Source: Octopus bimaculoides (taxonomy: Eukaryota). Taken from it: 64,000 nucleotides of DNA. The translations under genes and the position numbers were made by a program. Shown here in pieces: positions 24,903 to 38,045 of this stretch (within the stretch, counting starts at the first letter, position 1; each line of letters starts with the position of its first letter). The notes beneath the pieces were generated by a model. It saw only the letters and a list, made by a program, of their open reading frames with translations, had not been told where the DNA came from and ran no database searches. The DNA is taken from positions 116,951,098-117,015,097 of the forward strand of contig NC_068984.1 in assembly GCF_001194135.2 (NCBI RefSeq). The letters are read 5' to 3'.

Positions 24903-26350
24903 ACCTTAAACTGTAAACGGATATCGCGGGGTACCTGTTCAGTGCAGTGGAAGAACTATAAAGGTTACAGTGTTGTGTTCTACTTTTTGTGTGGGCATGA
25001 AGAAAGCTAAGGAGTGGCGAACGATACAAGTTACTCTTCTTAAATCATTTAAACCGGTTATTCATCCATCATCCACCGACCAACAGAGCTACAGGTGATG
25101 ATTAATGACTGCCGCTGATGACAAAATGCTTCATTGACAAATTTACTATCTAAATTTTCTTACGATGATGTGGCTTCACTGAAGGAAAGCTACCGAATAT
25201 ATAACTTAGCAATTTTACACTCTTAATAACCACTTCACTTGTGATGAGTCAAAGAAATGGGAGAAGGGTGGCCTTAGTGACCTCATGATATATGTTATCT
25301 AAAACAGTCGCTAGAAAAGAGGAAATCAATCATTGATCTATTTATTGATTGATCCTTATTGATCGGACTTTCCGCTTTCAGTAATAATTCGATTGAAATC
25401 CATTGCTAGGAAAAATTTTAAAAGAAATCTGAAAAAACTAAACAAAAAACGACCAAGTTGCTGCTACTGACGAATGCTTTTGTTTTTTTTATTCAACTCA
25501 CTCTCTTGTTAGAAGTGACAAGGTGATGTCGGAAAAAAAAAAGACTATTTTTTTGTTTGTTATGTGAGGTTTTGTGTCAAACATCCGTTATAAAATTAAA
25601 TTGAAACTTAGGGAATTTAAGTGGAAGTTGTATAGAAACGGGTTCCATTTGACATGTCAGCAAAATAGTTTTTCGTTTTTCCTTTTTATTTTAGTTTTTT
25701 TGGCAGTCACTTGACCTCTTAGAAATATCAGTCAAGTCTCCTTCAAATCGCTACCGTCTAAAATAAAGCGAATATTAGATAATGTAATTTTATACATAAC
25801 CCTAAAAAACGAGATTTTCACTATTGGAATACTTAGGGCTTGGCAACTACGTGTAGGGTTTTGAGCTTATGGAGGGACCTATCTGGTCATTCAATTTGCT
25901 AGAAATAGTAGTCTAGTATCCTTTGGACCACCCTTTCCCCTCAGTGTCTTAAAAGGATATATTAATGTAGTACTGGATGCACAGTGCGAAAAGACGGTAC
26001 AGTCACGGTTGGAATGTATTTGTTCACAAATTTATACCATGAGGGCTGACCTAGGGTTAAACAACATCAAATCATTTTCTGTCTTATGTGACTATTTCGC
26101 TGAACAAACAGCGGGGAGCCGCTTATTGCGATCACTATGACGAAGCTGTTTCAATGGTAATCATTTGCTGATGATATTAAGCAGTATCGTTCATGATTAT
26201 AATAAACGGCTTCCACTGTTTCTAGTTGTAAATTCGCTTGGACCAGAACATTTTTTTGCGTTTTGGCAACTCGGAATAAAATTCGAATGCCTTTCTTTGT
26301 TTAATCTTGCGTTTTAATTTTTATAAGACTAGTTAATCAAGACTGGAATT

Positions 26351-26711
26351 GTTGGCACTCCGTCGCTTACGACGTCAAGGGTTCCAGTTGATCCGATCAA
26401 CGGAACAGCCTGCTCGTGAAATTGACGTGCAAGTGGCTGAGCACTCCACAGACACGTGTACCCTTAACGTAGTTCTCGGCGATATTCAGCGTGACACAGT
26501 GTGACAAGGCTGACCCTTTGAATTACAGGTACAACAGAAACAGGAAGAAAGAGTGAGAGAAAGTTGTGGTGGAAGAGTACAGCAGGGTTCGCCATCATCC
26601 CCCGCGGATGTTTTCGCTCAATAAACACTCACAACACCCGGTCTGGGAATCGAAACCGCGATCCTATGACCGCGAGTCCGCTGCCCTAACCACTGGGCCA
26701 TTGCGCCTCAC
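26351..26711 (-). mobile_element. Young SINE family B
   Basis: Full-length, CpG-intact reverse complement of the 20241 copy. Confidence 0.92.
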
Positions 26712-27660
26712 TTAGTTACGACTGACCTGGGACTAAACAATATCAGTTACAGCAAAAACAATGGCGATTAATAACGGTTGTATACTTACTTGAATTAAGT
26801 TTCTGATTTAGGTCAAGGCTAACAATTTTGAAGAGATGGGTCTTGGTACATGAATGGCATTTTATTTTATTTCGTTTTATTGAACCCCGGAGGCAAAATG
26901 AAAGATTAAGTTGATCTCTGCGGGATTGTAACGTAAACAACCGGAACGAACGTCGCAAAGGATATTTCCCGATGCTTTAACTATTCGTGAGAAACGCTCT
27001 TGGACAATGAGTTGTGAAGACATACACGAACTAATGAATAGAATTATTTTTAGGGTGCCGAGGGGCACAGAGAGGTGGGGTATATTAAATGTTTCGTTTG
27101 GGAAACGTTAAATGCTTTTTTTTCTGCACGGTACTTTAAACACACGTTGATTAAAAAAAATATAAAAAGAAATATTTCTAATGAATCAAAACTAATTGGT
27201 TCAACTTGGTGTTTACTTAAGCTCAGCTTAACTACATATATTACTTATTCCTCCTTCATTGTGTTTTAAAGGTTGCAAGACGTGTTTATTGAAGTCTCAC
27301 CCATGATAAACAAACACAAGTGGGACTGCAGTAGATAAACACTCATACTAATATTCTTGCTTAACTTAACACACCTATGTCGAACTTAAAAAAAAACATT
27401 GTGCATGTAGATGATTTTTTATTTTATGTGTTTTGCTTATGTATCTGATATTTCATCTTATGGCTTGTCATGTGGTACATGTGAGATTTTTCCTATAGAT
27501 CCGTCTCTAAGATAACATTGATTCTATGACATTCGACTTCGGTAACAGCTGTTCTGGACAGTCCTCTTTTAAACATGCAACATGTGTTTTTTTTCCCCCC
27601 CATTGATTTGCTCTTAATCCCTTTGTGGAAGTGACTTCGTAAATAATATATATTAATTAC

Positions 27661-27792
27661 TGTTCGTCAATCTCTCTTTCTCTGTTTGTCAATCTCTCTT
27701 TCTCTGTTTGTCAATCTCTCTTTCTCTGTTTGTCAATCTCTCTTTCTCTGTTTGTCAATCTCTCTTTCTCTGTTCGTCAATCTCTCTTTCTC
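27661..27792. repeat. 22-bp minisatellite x6
   Basis: Unit tgtt(t/c)gtcaatctctctttctc. Confidence 0.95.
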
Positions 27793-27961
27793 TCTCTATC
27801 TCAGAGAAGACGAAATAACTTATGTGATAGCTATTCTGACATATGTTAATTTACATTTTGCTGTGGAAGTTTCATATTGCGAAGAAATTAAAGCCTATTT
27901 GTTTACTTATTGATTCAAAATCCTATTTCCAGTTAATATGCAATGCGGGAAAACCTCTTAA

Positions 27962-28160
27962 CCCTTTTGTTACCATATTTCTGCTAAAAAGCATCACCAA
28001 TTTTGTAAACAATGAAGAATCTAGTAAAATAACTCTATCTTTATGAAGCTAGTGTTTAGGACATAAATTAGTATGTAATTTTGGTAGATCTTATTTAAAA
28101 CGGGAAGTTTGTATGAAAGAACCATGTTAAGTCTCGGGCGAGTTGGTTTGTGAAAGGGCA
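27962..28160. mobile_element. piggyBac-type MITE (family E)
   Basis: TTAA-CCCTTTTGTTACCATATTTCTG start matches 55479 copy. Confidence 0.7.
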
Positions 28161-29303
28161 ACTGAAATACAGAAGCCACGACAGTTTAGTTGTTTGTATC
28201 AGGGTCACTAACCTCGACCAAGCTTGCATAGAAAATAATAAAAAAAAATAAATTATTCCTGTTCTTGACTGCCGTAGTCTGCAAGATACTCTTTGTATTA
28301 TATATGTAATAATTTAATTATACATTATGCACTTGGTTAAAAAAGATAGAAAAAAAAAGTTGGGGATTGCTGGTTTATATCATTGATGAAAGTTAATCTC
28401 TCACTAATTAAAATATATTCTAATTTTCTGCATTTCCGAAGGAAGTAACAATCTCCATTAGCATAAGAAAAAAGTGGTCGAAAACTTGTAAGAAATTTAA
28501 GGAAAGTTTAGAGACCCTAAATAAAATAAATGCGAAGTATTTATTTATTTGTATTTTTAAAGCGTTGAAATTTTAATCAATTGCATCAATGCAGCCTACC
28601 AAAATATATTTGGCTACCAGAAGAAATATGGCATATCGCCTACTAAATGAAGCAACTTGTCTCAATCATATTGTAAAAATTGATGATCCTTGAGTTCTAA
28701 GTAAATAGACCCGTGAATCTGATAACGAAACCCACTCCAGGGAACCTCCATAAATAGACTTAGGTATTCTGAGCAAGCGAAACGGATATGTAAATGTTTC
28801 TCACCGCTCTTTGTATTATTACTACATGATTCAAAAGCTGAGATATATACCCTACCAGACTGATACGTAACCGGTTAAAGATACCTTCCACTCCTTTTCT
28901 TACGAATTAATTCTAGGCGTGAGTCAAAACAAAGCTATTCTGTTCAAACCGCAATTAATGACAAAAACCTCAATTAATGAAGTCAACTTCTGGAAACATC
29001 TGAATATTACTTGGGTTTCTTGCTGACACCCAGACTAAAACAATGATTAATTTATAGCAATTACTAGAATCTGTAACAATATATGTTTGTAAACTAAAGA
29101 TTTGTGAAAAATTAATATATACAGTCAAGGGACAAAAATGATAGAAGCACTAAAATATTCGTTTCGCTTACTCGAAATACTGAAGCCTCGTTCTTTTTTT
29201 TCTCAATTTGTTTTTGGTTTTAGTATCAGTCCTACAGATATCGATTGCCCAAGGGGTTTGTTCTGCCCCAAAATGAACGGGTGGCAGTTAGTTGCTTCGT
29301 AAA

Positions 29304-29523
29304 CCCTTTAGCATTTAGCCTTCTCTGTCAAATTTAATGCTTATTTATTAATATTGTTTTGAATTTATTATACATTATCTCATAGCTTTGAGATTTCAAT
29401 GATGTGATTGTTTCTTTTTAGAATGACATTGTAAGGTAGATGTGAGAAGCCTGATCGGGTCGGTTTGAACATAAAACAGGTAGAATATTTGGGCCTAATA
29501 TGGCCGGTTTGAATGCTAAAAGG
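29304..29523. mobile_element. piggyBac-type MITE (family D)
   Basis: TIRs ccctttagcatt / aatgctaaaagg then TTAA; matches 8970-9189. Confidence 0.85.
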
Positions 29524-29600
29524 TTAAACTGGATATTAAAATCATTGCTTTGAGTTACCATAGGATGGCTGCTCGATATAGTAAACCTTACGGGTAACCA

Positions 29601-30060
29601 TGTTATACTATTCATTATGGTTGTGTTATATAGGACGTCATCAATGTATAAATAATACATCCACAGGCCGCCATCTTATTTTAAAGATTACACCGTGTGA
29701 TCAATACAGGGATATAAATACGGATCAATGAATAGTAATATAATGGAAACTTTGGAATTAAATGGAAATCTAGCGGAAAATTGCGAAAGGTAATACCAAA
29801 AGTTCCAGCTGTTAAGACCGGAAGCTCGAGAAAATTTTTAATTCCTTTAAATTTGAAATTGCACACGAGGCTACGGAAATAGCTCAAGTGAGGAAACAGT
29901 TTGAGGGAAATTGTACTCCATGGGGTAGGGGACGTCACGCATGATAGACATATATATTCTTCATAAGAAATTAGTAGCAAAGTTGAAAGTAATATATCTA
30001 CGTAACTGTAAGCGATCTGGTAGAACAAATTGAAAGAAACTTGTGGAGTTTGGAGGCTCA
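29601..30060 (+). mobile_element. Possible Gypsy LTR remnant plus gag N-terminus relic
   Basis: TGTTAT..ATTACA segment (29601-29692) with gtataaata, then METLELNGNLAENCER*YQKFQL and FEGNCTP. Confidence 0.4.
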
Positions 30061-30434
30061 ATGACGTGATAGATACTGTTTCTTAAAACAGACTTTAGAT
30101 ACGAAAGTTTCCTTTGATATTATGTGTTAAGCACGTAAGATAGTGAGATTAGTAAAAGGTTGAGAACCGTTGTTAGACTAACAGGTAGTGATTAGAATTT
30201 AAATGCCAAAATGTTGGAACGATGGAAATTATGCTGCAGTGGCATGTGGCTGCGGTCACCATTGTAACAAATGCCCATTACGTAAAAGAAAGTAGGCGAT
30301 GTTTCGTTTTATGATCCAGATAGGGTAACTACTGAAGTCGACAGAGATCGCAATTTGCCGAAAATAAAAGAAACACACACACACACACACACACACAATG
30401 TGTTTTAAATGAAATAAGTGATACCAGTCTGGTG

Positions 30435-30756
30435 TGGTACACCGTCGGTTACATCGACGAGGGTTCCAGTTGACCCGATCAATGGAACTGCTTGCTCGTG
30501 AAATTAACGTACAAATGGTTGAGCACTCCAGACATGCATACCATTAATGTAGTTGTCAGGAAGATTCAGCGTGACACAAAATGTGTTAAGGCTGACTTTT
30601 TGAATTACTGGTACAACTCACTTTTGCCAGCTGTGTGCACTGAAGCAATGTGAAATAAAGTGTCTTGCTCAAGGATACAACGCGTCACCAGTGTTCGAAC
30701 TCATAATCTTTCGCTCGTGAGCCGAATACCCTAAACACTAAGCCACGCGCCTTCAC
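30435..30756 (-). mobile_element. SINE family B' (different tRNA head, CORE-like, shares 3' domain with B)
   Basis: Head GTGAAGGCGCGTGGCTTAGTG, ccttgagcaagacacttt core, shared gtgacac..gttccagttga 3' part. Confidence 0.85.
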
Positions 30757-33217
30757 TAATCTGTAAATTTCAACTTTTTGTAAAAATGTTTTTAGTTTAT
30801 TTTAGTGGATGTGTGGTAAGAAGTTTGCTTCCCAACCACATGGTTCCGGTTTCAGTCCCATTGTGTGGCACCTTGAACAAATATCTTCTGCTATAACCTC
30901 TTTCTGACCGAAACTTTATGAGTGGATTTAGTAGACGGAAACTGAAAGAAGCCCGTTATATATATATATATATATATNNNNNNNNNNNNNNNNNNNNNNN
31001 NNNNNNNNNNNNNNNNNNNNNNNNNNNNNNNNNNNNNNNNNNNNNNNNNNNNNNNNNNNNNNNNNNNNNNNNNNNNNNNNNNNNNNNNNNNNNNNNNNNN
31101 NNNNNNNNNNNNNNNNNNNNNNNNNNNNNNNNNNNNNNNNNNNNNNNNNNNNNNNNNNNNNNNNTTCTTTTTTGTGAAGGGGCTATCATTTATTTCGAAA
31201 CATATGTAGGAATTAAAGGAACTTTTGTTGACATGCGTTTTGCTCCATTTATTATTATTATATATATATATTAGTTTATGTATATATTAATATTATCTCA
31301 GTTATTAAAAGTTACCCCATCATTTCGTTTTTGTCTTGCTATTACATGTTTTATTATGAACTCCCTGAAGAGAAATAAATGAGGAACCCCAACAGCTCTT
31401 TCTTTTTTGTGAAGGGGCTATCATTTATTTCGAAACATATGTAGGAATTAAAGGAACTTTTGTTGACATGCGTTTTGCTCCATTTATTATTATTATATAT
31501 ATATATTAGCTGGCGTACCCGGCTTGAGGTAGTTTCACTTACTGGGTCATGAAACAAAACAGCCCGAAAATATGTATCTGAAATGGAAGACGTCAAGATC
31601 TTTTACTAATATCTGCCCTGTGCTAGTCGAAGCACAAAAATCACATGAATGAAATTATATTGTTCCTTGGTACATCAGTCATGTTTCTGCTCACTGATAA
31701 CACAGTTTTCCTGTTGATTCATAGTCTGATCTCAACAAAGGCATCAACATCATTTAACGTCCATGGATCGATAGAATCAGATGAATATGAAGTCTGCAAC
31801 ATGCTCCAAGATCTGCTTTGGCATCGTTTTTACGGTTGGTTATCCTTCTTAACGCCAACCACTTTACAGTGTGTACTGAGTCTTTTTTTTTTGTTTGTTT
31901 TTGGACCACCAACGCTATTGAAGTCACCGTACACGAAGACATTAAAAAAATGTGTTAAGAATATAAATGGCATATCTGGTTTAAGCATTTTATTTTTAAA
32001 GAAATATCTCGACTCCTCTAGATACATAGTGGGCGCACAGGCACCTCTTTCCCGAGGGGACACAGCCACATAAGGTTAAGAAGCACTTCTGTAGATTATT
32101 AGGCCCTGTATCTAGTTCTAAAAGAAGCAGCCGTCATCTGCGAACAAGTATAGCTTGAGAACGTTTACTTTGCTTTCGCTAATACTTTTAGGTGCCTTTG
32201 TGATTGCGAGCGGACATGTCCACCCTTTGATTGTCACGTGCAGGATGTGTGTGTTTCTGTGTGAGTGAGTAGAGAGAGAGAGAGAGAGAGAGAGAGAACT
32301 GCTTCAGTTGTCATTTACAGCTGAGTAGTCAGGAGCAACGTAAAGTCAAAGTACTTTACTCAAGAACTTAACGCACAGCCCAGAGGATGGGGACTGAATT
32401 CGCGACATTATGGTTGTGAGCCGAAGACTACAACTACTACTACTACCACCACCACCACCACCACCATCTCGTACATTATATATATATGTATGTTGGTGCA
32501 AACAGGAAATATAGAACTCAAAATATGAGTATAGGTATATTTTTAGCAGAAGCAACAGTTGCTCTGTTGCTTCTGCTAAATAATATACTAGCTGGCCCCG
32601 TGCCGTAAAAAATGACGGTTAATTGTAGTATTTTATATATAACTAAGGTGCAAAACCAAGTTTTTAGTTTAATAATTCTTTAATTATCAAATTTATAATA
32701 TACCTTTCAACTGCAGTCGTTTTATATTCTTGATACACTCAGGCAATAATTATTTTCTTTAATGAGTTTGTGTATGTTTGTGTAGGTGTGTGTGATTGTA
32801 ATAATTATTTTTAACAAAACAGAATATAGGTGGTAAATCAAATTAATACACTTGTCAATGTTATCTAGTGGTTGTCTTTTGAGATGTGACATCCATCGTC
32901 GTTTGTTACTGAAAGAACGCTGGTTCGTACATACATTCACGCACACATGTACAGAGTTGAAATGCTGTTTGCTTTTTTTTTTTTCAGCATTGTATGTTCA
33001 CCATTCCACTTCCATTGCACATACACACCCATATACTCACAAAGTGGAAACGCTGTTTGATTTTTTCACCGTAGAGTTTCCATCATCCCACTACCACTTT
33101 GCCATCACCCCTTCCTTCCTTATTCATCTATTACCCCTTCCTTTTTCATTCATATGTTTTGACGGAGAAAAACACAACAGTATTGTTATAATAGAAGCTA
33201 CAGATTTTATTCCGTTA

Positions 33218-33395
33218 ATTGTTTCAGTTATTTGACTGCGGCCATGTCGGAGCACCACCTTTAGTCGAACAAATCGCCCGCAGGACTTATTCTTTGTAAG
33301 CCTAGTACTTATTGTATCTGTTTCTTTTGCCGAACCGCTAGCTTACAGGGACGTAAACACACCAACATCGGTTCTCAAGCGATGGGAGGGAGGCA
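33218..33395 (-). mobile_element. SINE family A 3' half
   Basis: Tail/body match. Confidence 0.8.
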
Positions 33396-33427
33396 AACAG
33401 GCACACATATAAAATGCGCAGTGTGTG

Positions 33428-33735
33428 GAGGAGGCGCAATGGCCCAGTGGTTAGAGCAGCGGACTCGCAGTCGTAAGATCGTAGTTTCTATTCCTAGACC
33501 GGGCGTTGTGAGTGCTTATTGATCGAAAATACCTAAAGATCTACGAGGTTCCGGCAGGGGGTGGTAGCGAACCCTGCTGTACTCTTTCACCACAGCTTTC
33601 TCTCTTTCTTCATGTTTCTGTTGTACACATGTCTGTGGATTGCTCAGCCACTTGCACGTTAATTTCATGAGCAGGCTGTTCCGTTGATCGGATTAACTGG
33701 AACCCCCGTCGGTATAACCTACGTCGTTTCACGAC
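33428..33735 (+). mobile_element. SINE family B with internal deletion
   Basis: Head match; lacks the gtcacactg segment. Confidence 0.85.
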
Positions 33736-34105
33736 ATGTGCAGTGTAATCTTGTCAGTAACCAAGTCGCAATTCATGCGACAGAAACCGTAACATCAAAT
33801 AAGTGGTGTTTAAGTCTTTCACGCTGCAAATCTTACATAATGTTGCCGGAGACATTTTCAAGGAGGTATTTGTGATTGAACAGCGTTCGTGACTTCGTTA
33901 TCAGTTCGTTCTCTTTTTACCTCTTATAAGTGAAAGGGAAAAGGGTGTGGCTATTTCCTTTCGTTATATAAAAAAAAAAGAAGATAATAATGAATAATAA
34001 TAATTATATGACCCATTTATAAGCTACTCTCATCGCATCGTCCTTTTTTTTTCCGGCTTAGTCGATAATTGTAATTACACTGACATTATGAAAAGAGCAG
34101 TTTGC

Positions 34106-34175
<70 letters not shown>

Positions 34176-35234
34176 CACACACAATGTGCTGGGTCGTGAA
34201 GGAGCTTGTTTATTATATGAATGTTTTTGTTTTTGTTCTCAGTATTTTTGTTTCCAATGTAATGTGTTATTTTGTTGGTATTTTAGTCCAGATCAGCTCT
34301 GAGTGAAATCTGTTCCAAGACAATTCAGTCATGCTTATCGCTCGTGCATTGTTTGTGTGTCTGTGTGTACATCATATATATATATATATATATTGTTTTC
34401 GTTCTTTTACTTGTTTCAGTCACTTGACTGCAGCCATGCTGGAGCACCGCTTAAAGGGATTTAGTCGAAGAAATCGACCACAGGACTTATTCTTTGTAAG
34501 CCTAGTACTTATTCTATAGGTCTTTTTGTCGAACCGCTAGATTACAGGGGCGTAAACACACCANNNNNNNNNNTCTGTTCCAAGACAATTCAGTCATGCT
34601 TATCGCTCGTGCATTGTTTGTGTGTCTGTGTGTACATCATATATATATATATATATATATGGACACCGTCTTGAAGGATTTAGTCAACCCTATTATTTAT
34701 ATTATTTTCCCAAAATTTGGTGTTTTTGCCGTTGGCATGGGACGTAAACAGACTAACACCAGTTTTCAAGGAGTGTGGAGAAAACAAAAAGCGTGCCTGC
34801 ACACACTGTATACACACACACACACAAGCACGCGCGTATGATAGGCTTCCCCACAGTTTCCGTCTTCTCTATTCTCTTACAATGTATTCGTCAGCCCGTG
34901 GTTACAGTAAAAGACACTTGCCCTGAATGCTTCGCCGTGGGACTGAACCAGAATCAATAAGGTTGTGAAACGAAATTCTTAACCATGCAGCCATGCCTAC
35001 ACCCCTGCAATTGTCTCTTGTTTTAAGCAGAACTCGCTTTGTACGGTTTTGAAGCACTATTTCGTCATCTGTTTAGTGTGATAAACTCCCTTCTTTAACC
35101 TAACCCTTAACTTGGAATTTTTTTCTTTCCCTTTTTTTTAAAAAATATTTTCTGGGATATATTCAAGGTGGAATGATAGTTTCATGTGTCAAGAAAGTCT
35201 ACTTCTCTACAATAACATTAAGGTATGGTTTGAG

Positions 35235-35610
35235 GTTAAGAAACTAGCTTTGCAACCTCGTGGTTCCATGTTCAGTCCCATGGCACAGCACCTTGCGCAA
35301 GAGTTTTCTACTATAGATCTGGACTGACCAATGCCTTGTAAGTGAATCTAGCTGACGAAAATGAAGGGAAGCCCGTCGTGTGTGTGTGTGTATAATGTAT
35401 GTATGTATATATTTGTTTATTAATGTGTTTGTTCCCCTCCTCACCTCTTGGCAACCGGTGTTGGTTTGTTTACGTCCCTGTAATTTATAAGTTCAGCGAA
35501 AGAAACCGAGAGAATAAGTACCAAACCTTAAAAAGAAGAAAGAAATGGGGTTGGTTTGTTTGACTAAAGGTGGTGCCCTATCATGGTCGCAGCCTAATAA
35601 CTGAAACAAG
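35235..35610 (+). mobile_element. Old SINE family A
   Basis: Diverged head, core and tail collinear with consensus. Confidence 0.75.
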
Positions 35611-36583
35611 TCAAGGATTTAGTATTTTAGATGAGCTTCAAAATAGAAAGAAGTTCAACCGATACTACGTACGGAACAGTTTGATATAAAATTTTTTAAT
35701 TCATATTTTTTGGCTTTGCCAGGTGTCTTTAGGAGTTTGAATAATATGTAGTATTTAAATTTTCTTCATATGTGAATTATTTATGGCAATTATGATAAAT
35801 TTTTCTAAAAGTCCCAAATGGAGATTGCTGGAAAAAAACAAAGCATATTTATCCTTTTCTACCCAATTGCAGTAATACACATAGTATCAAATGCGAATGT
35901 GTATGAAATATCAATGAATGATACAGATAGGAAATGCCCCCCCCCCAAAAAAACGTTTTCAAAACAGTCAATATTTTTGTAGTTCAAAAATTGCGATTTA
36001 TGACGTAAAATGTCCTCTAGAATTAGCCAGAGCTAATAACAGCAAACTTTAACTACTAAATATTGTTAAACACTCCTCTGCAAATGCAATGTACATAAGC
36101 AATTCACTTTAGATACAATGAACAATCGGTAGTGAGACTGTTTTTAGCAGATCCCCACATGGGGCTCATGGCTGGGAATGGGTTAAAACATTATTAATGG
36201 CAAAGGCGCGCCGTACTATTACGACAACGACAGCTTTACGGCTCCATTAGGAGTTAAGCCCTCTCCGTTTACAATGTACACTACGAATGTACGTATAATT
36301 CTAATTATTATAATGGTGTTCTGTGCTTATGTTTTGCAGTTTGTGTCGGTGTTTGATTTGTAACTATACACACACATGCATTTAACATTTTGATATATAT
36401 AAGTAGATATGCTGCACACGCTTGTATATGTATGTATATATGGGTGTGTCGTAGGTTAGTCGGTTGTTTTATATTTATTGTAATATGGTGCCGTTGAAGA
36501 ACTAAGAGCATGAAATGATTATATGCCTGCATATATATATATATATATATATAATCTATATATATATATATATATATATATAT

Positions 36584-36772
36584 TATGATTGACCGTTGAC
36601 TGAACACTATTCAATTTTTTTTCTCCGTGTTTTTCTCCTTGTCTCCGTATTCTTTCTGTTGAAGAGCGTAGCTCGAAACGTCAAAGACTTTCCGTATTCC
36701 CGAGCGTCATACTAATATATACTTTTATTTACACCACCTGTCCTCGTCTGTTGTTGTTATTTGTATATTCTC

Positions 36773-36774
<2 letters not shown>
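36584..36774 (+). mobile_element. Short (TA)n-embedded element, Penelope-like terminal-repeat type
   Basis: Flanked by long TA arrays on both sides; contains the hammerhead motif ~90 nt from its right end. Confidence 0.55.
36651..36687 (+). ncRNA. Minimal type-I hammerhead ribozyme-like motif
   Basis: TCTTT-CTGTTGA-A-GAGC(GTA)GCTC-GAAAC-GTC-AAAGA: stem I 5 bp, stem II 4 bp, palindromic ACGT stem III, GUC site; one core mismatch to CUGAUGA. Confidence 0.6.
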
Positions 36775-36844
<70 letters not shown>

Positions 36845-37441
36845 TGTGTGTGTGTGTAAAATACTTTGGGAGAGTCGTATATTTTGACTGCGTCAAAGCT
36901 ACGGCAGGAGATGAAATGTTCTCTGGTAATCAAAATCCAACATATGTGATCGGCGGAATTTACTCAAAACCAGCCGAATTTATTGGTGGTCCCCCAGAGT
37001 GCTGTGCAAGTCCTTCTCTTATTTCATATGTCACCAAATAAGATAAAATATAAATCTTCGTAGATGGCCCAAAGCGCCAGGAAGTCAGCAAAGCATTAAG
37101 TCACCGGACTGAACTCCACTCTGATCCATCCACTTGTAATTCAGTGGGCGTAAATAATAAATAAAATTGAATATAATATGCGGCAAAATGGGACAAAATT
37201 CGAGCTCATCTTTTGGGAAAAGAGGATGCGATGAAGCAATCACATACCGTTCCCTCGGTAGAGCTTTTCATAGCTGTCGAATAATGTCGATGACTTATGT
37301 GTAACTCTGGACGATAAACTACATGAACAATTAAGTCGATATGCTCCACAAATCGTACTTATGGATCCTTAGAACTTTCTATTCTGGAGATCTTAATGCA
37401 ATTCCCACTTTTCTATTTTTCCTCGGTCTCACCTTGAATAA

Positions 37442-38045
37442 CTGGCACTACGTCGGTTACGACTACGAGTGTTCCAGTTGATCCGATCAACAGAACAGCC
37501 TGATTGGCTTCTGTTTTCCGCAGGTCACGTAAACACTTACAGCTCCTTCCGAGCATTTTGTTTAGTTTGTTTTTGTTGAGCTATGATTTTTCACGACTTG
37601 TTTTTGTTGTAGCAATTGGAAATGCATTAAGTAATGCTGAGCATTTTTAGGCAATTGAATGCGTGACTGTGGTAAGAAATTTGCTTCCTAACTATACGGT
37701 TCTGGGTTTAGTCCCACTGCGTGAAACCTTGTGCAAGTGTCTTCTACGATAGTCTGGGCCTGACATAAAGCCTTTTGAATAGATTTGGTAGACGGAATCC
37801 AAAAGGAGCCCCCGTGCAAGTGGCTGAGCACTCCACAGACACGCGTACCCTTAACATAGTTCTCTGGGAGATTCAGCTTGACACAAAATGTGAGAAGGCT
37901 ACCCTTTTGAAATACAGATACAACTCATTTTTACCAGCTGAGTGGCCTGGAGCAACGTGAAATAAAGTGTCTTGCTCAAGGACGCAACGTGCCACCGGGA
38001 ATCGAACTCACGACCTTACGTTCGTGATCGTGATCCGAATACTCT
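37442..38045 (-). mobile_element. SINE family B' interrupted by a ~310-bp insert
   Basis: Breaks after aacagcct (~37501), resumes at cgtgcaagtggctgagc (~37813); insert includes a family A head. Confidence 0.8.

Noticed and set aside
25075-25182. Several TGATGA/CTGA motifs suggesting a C/D snoRNA
   Set aside because: No terminal stem or recognisable guide sequence
29681-30061. 126-aa minus-strand ORF
   Set aside because: No recognisable domain; antisense to the gag-like relic
31165-31508. Exact ~108-bp direct repeat
   Set aside because: Directly adjacent to a gap and identical, most likely an assembly or haplotype artefact
31645-32073. 142-aa ORF
   Set aside because: Runs through a family G repeat fragment and poly-T
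36195-36360. NIINGKGAPYYY peptide resembling multicopper oxidase
   Set aside because: Preceded by in-frame stop, no splice acceptor or further motifs
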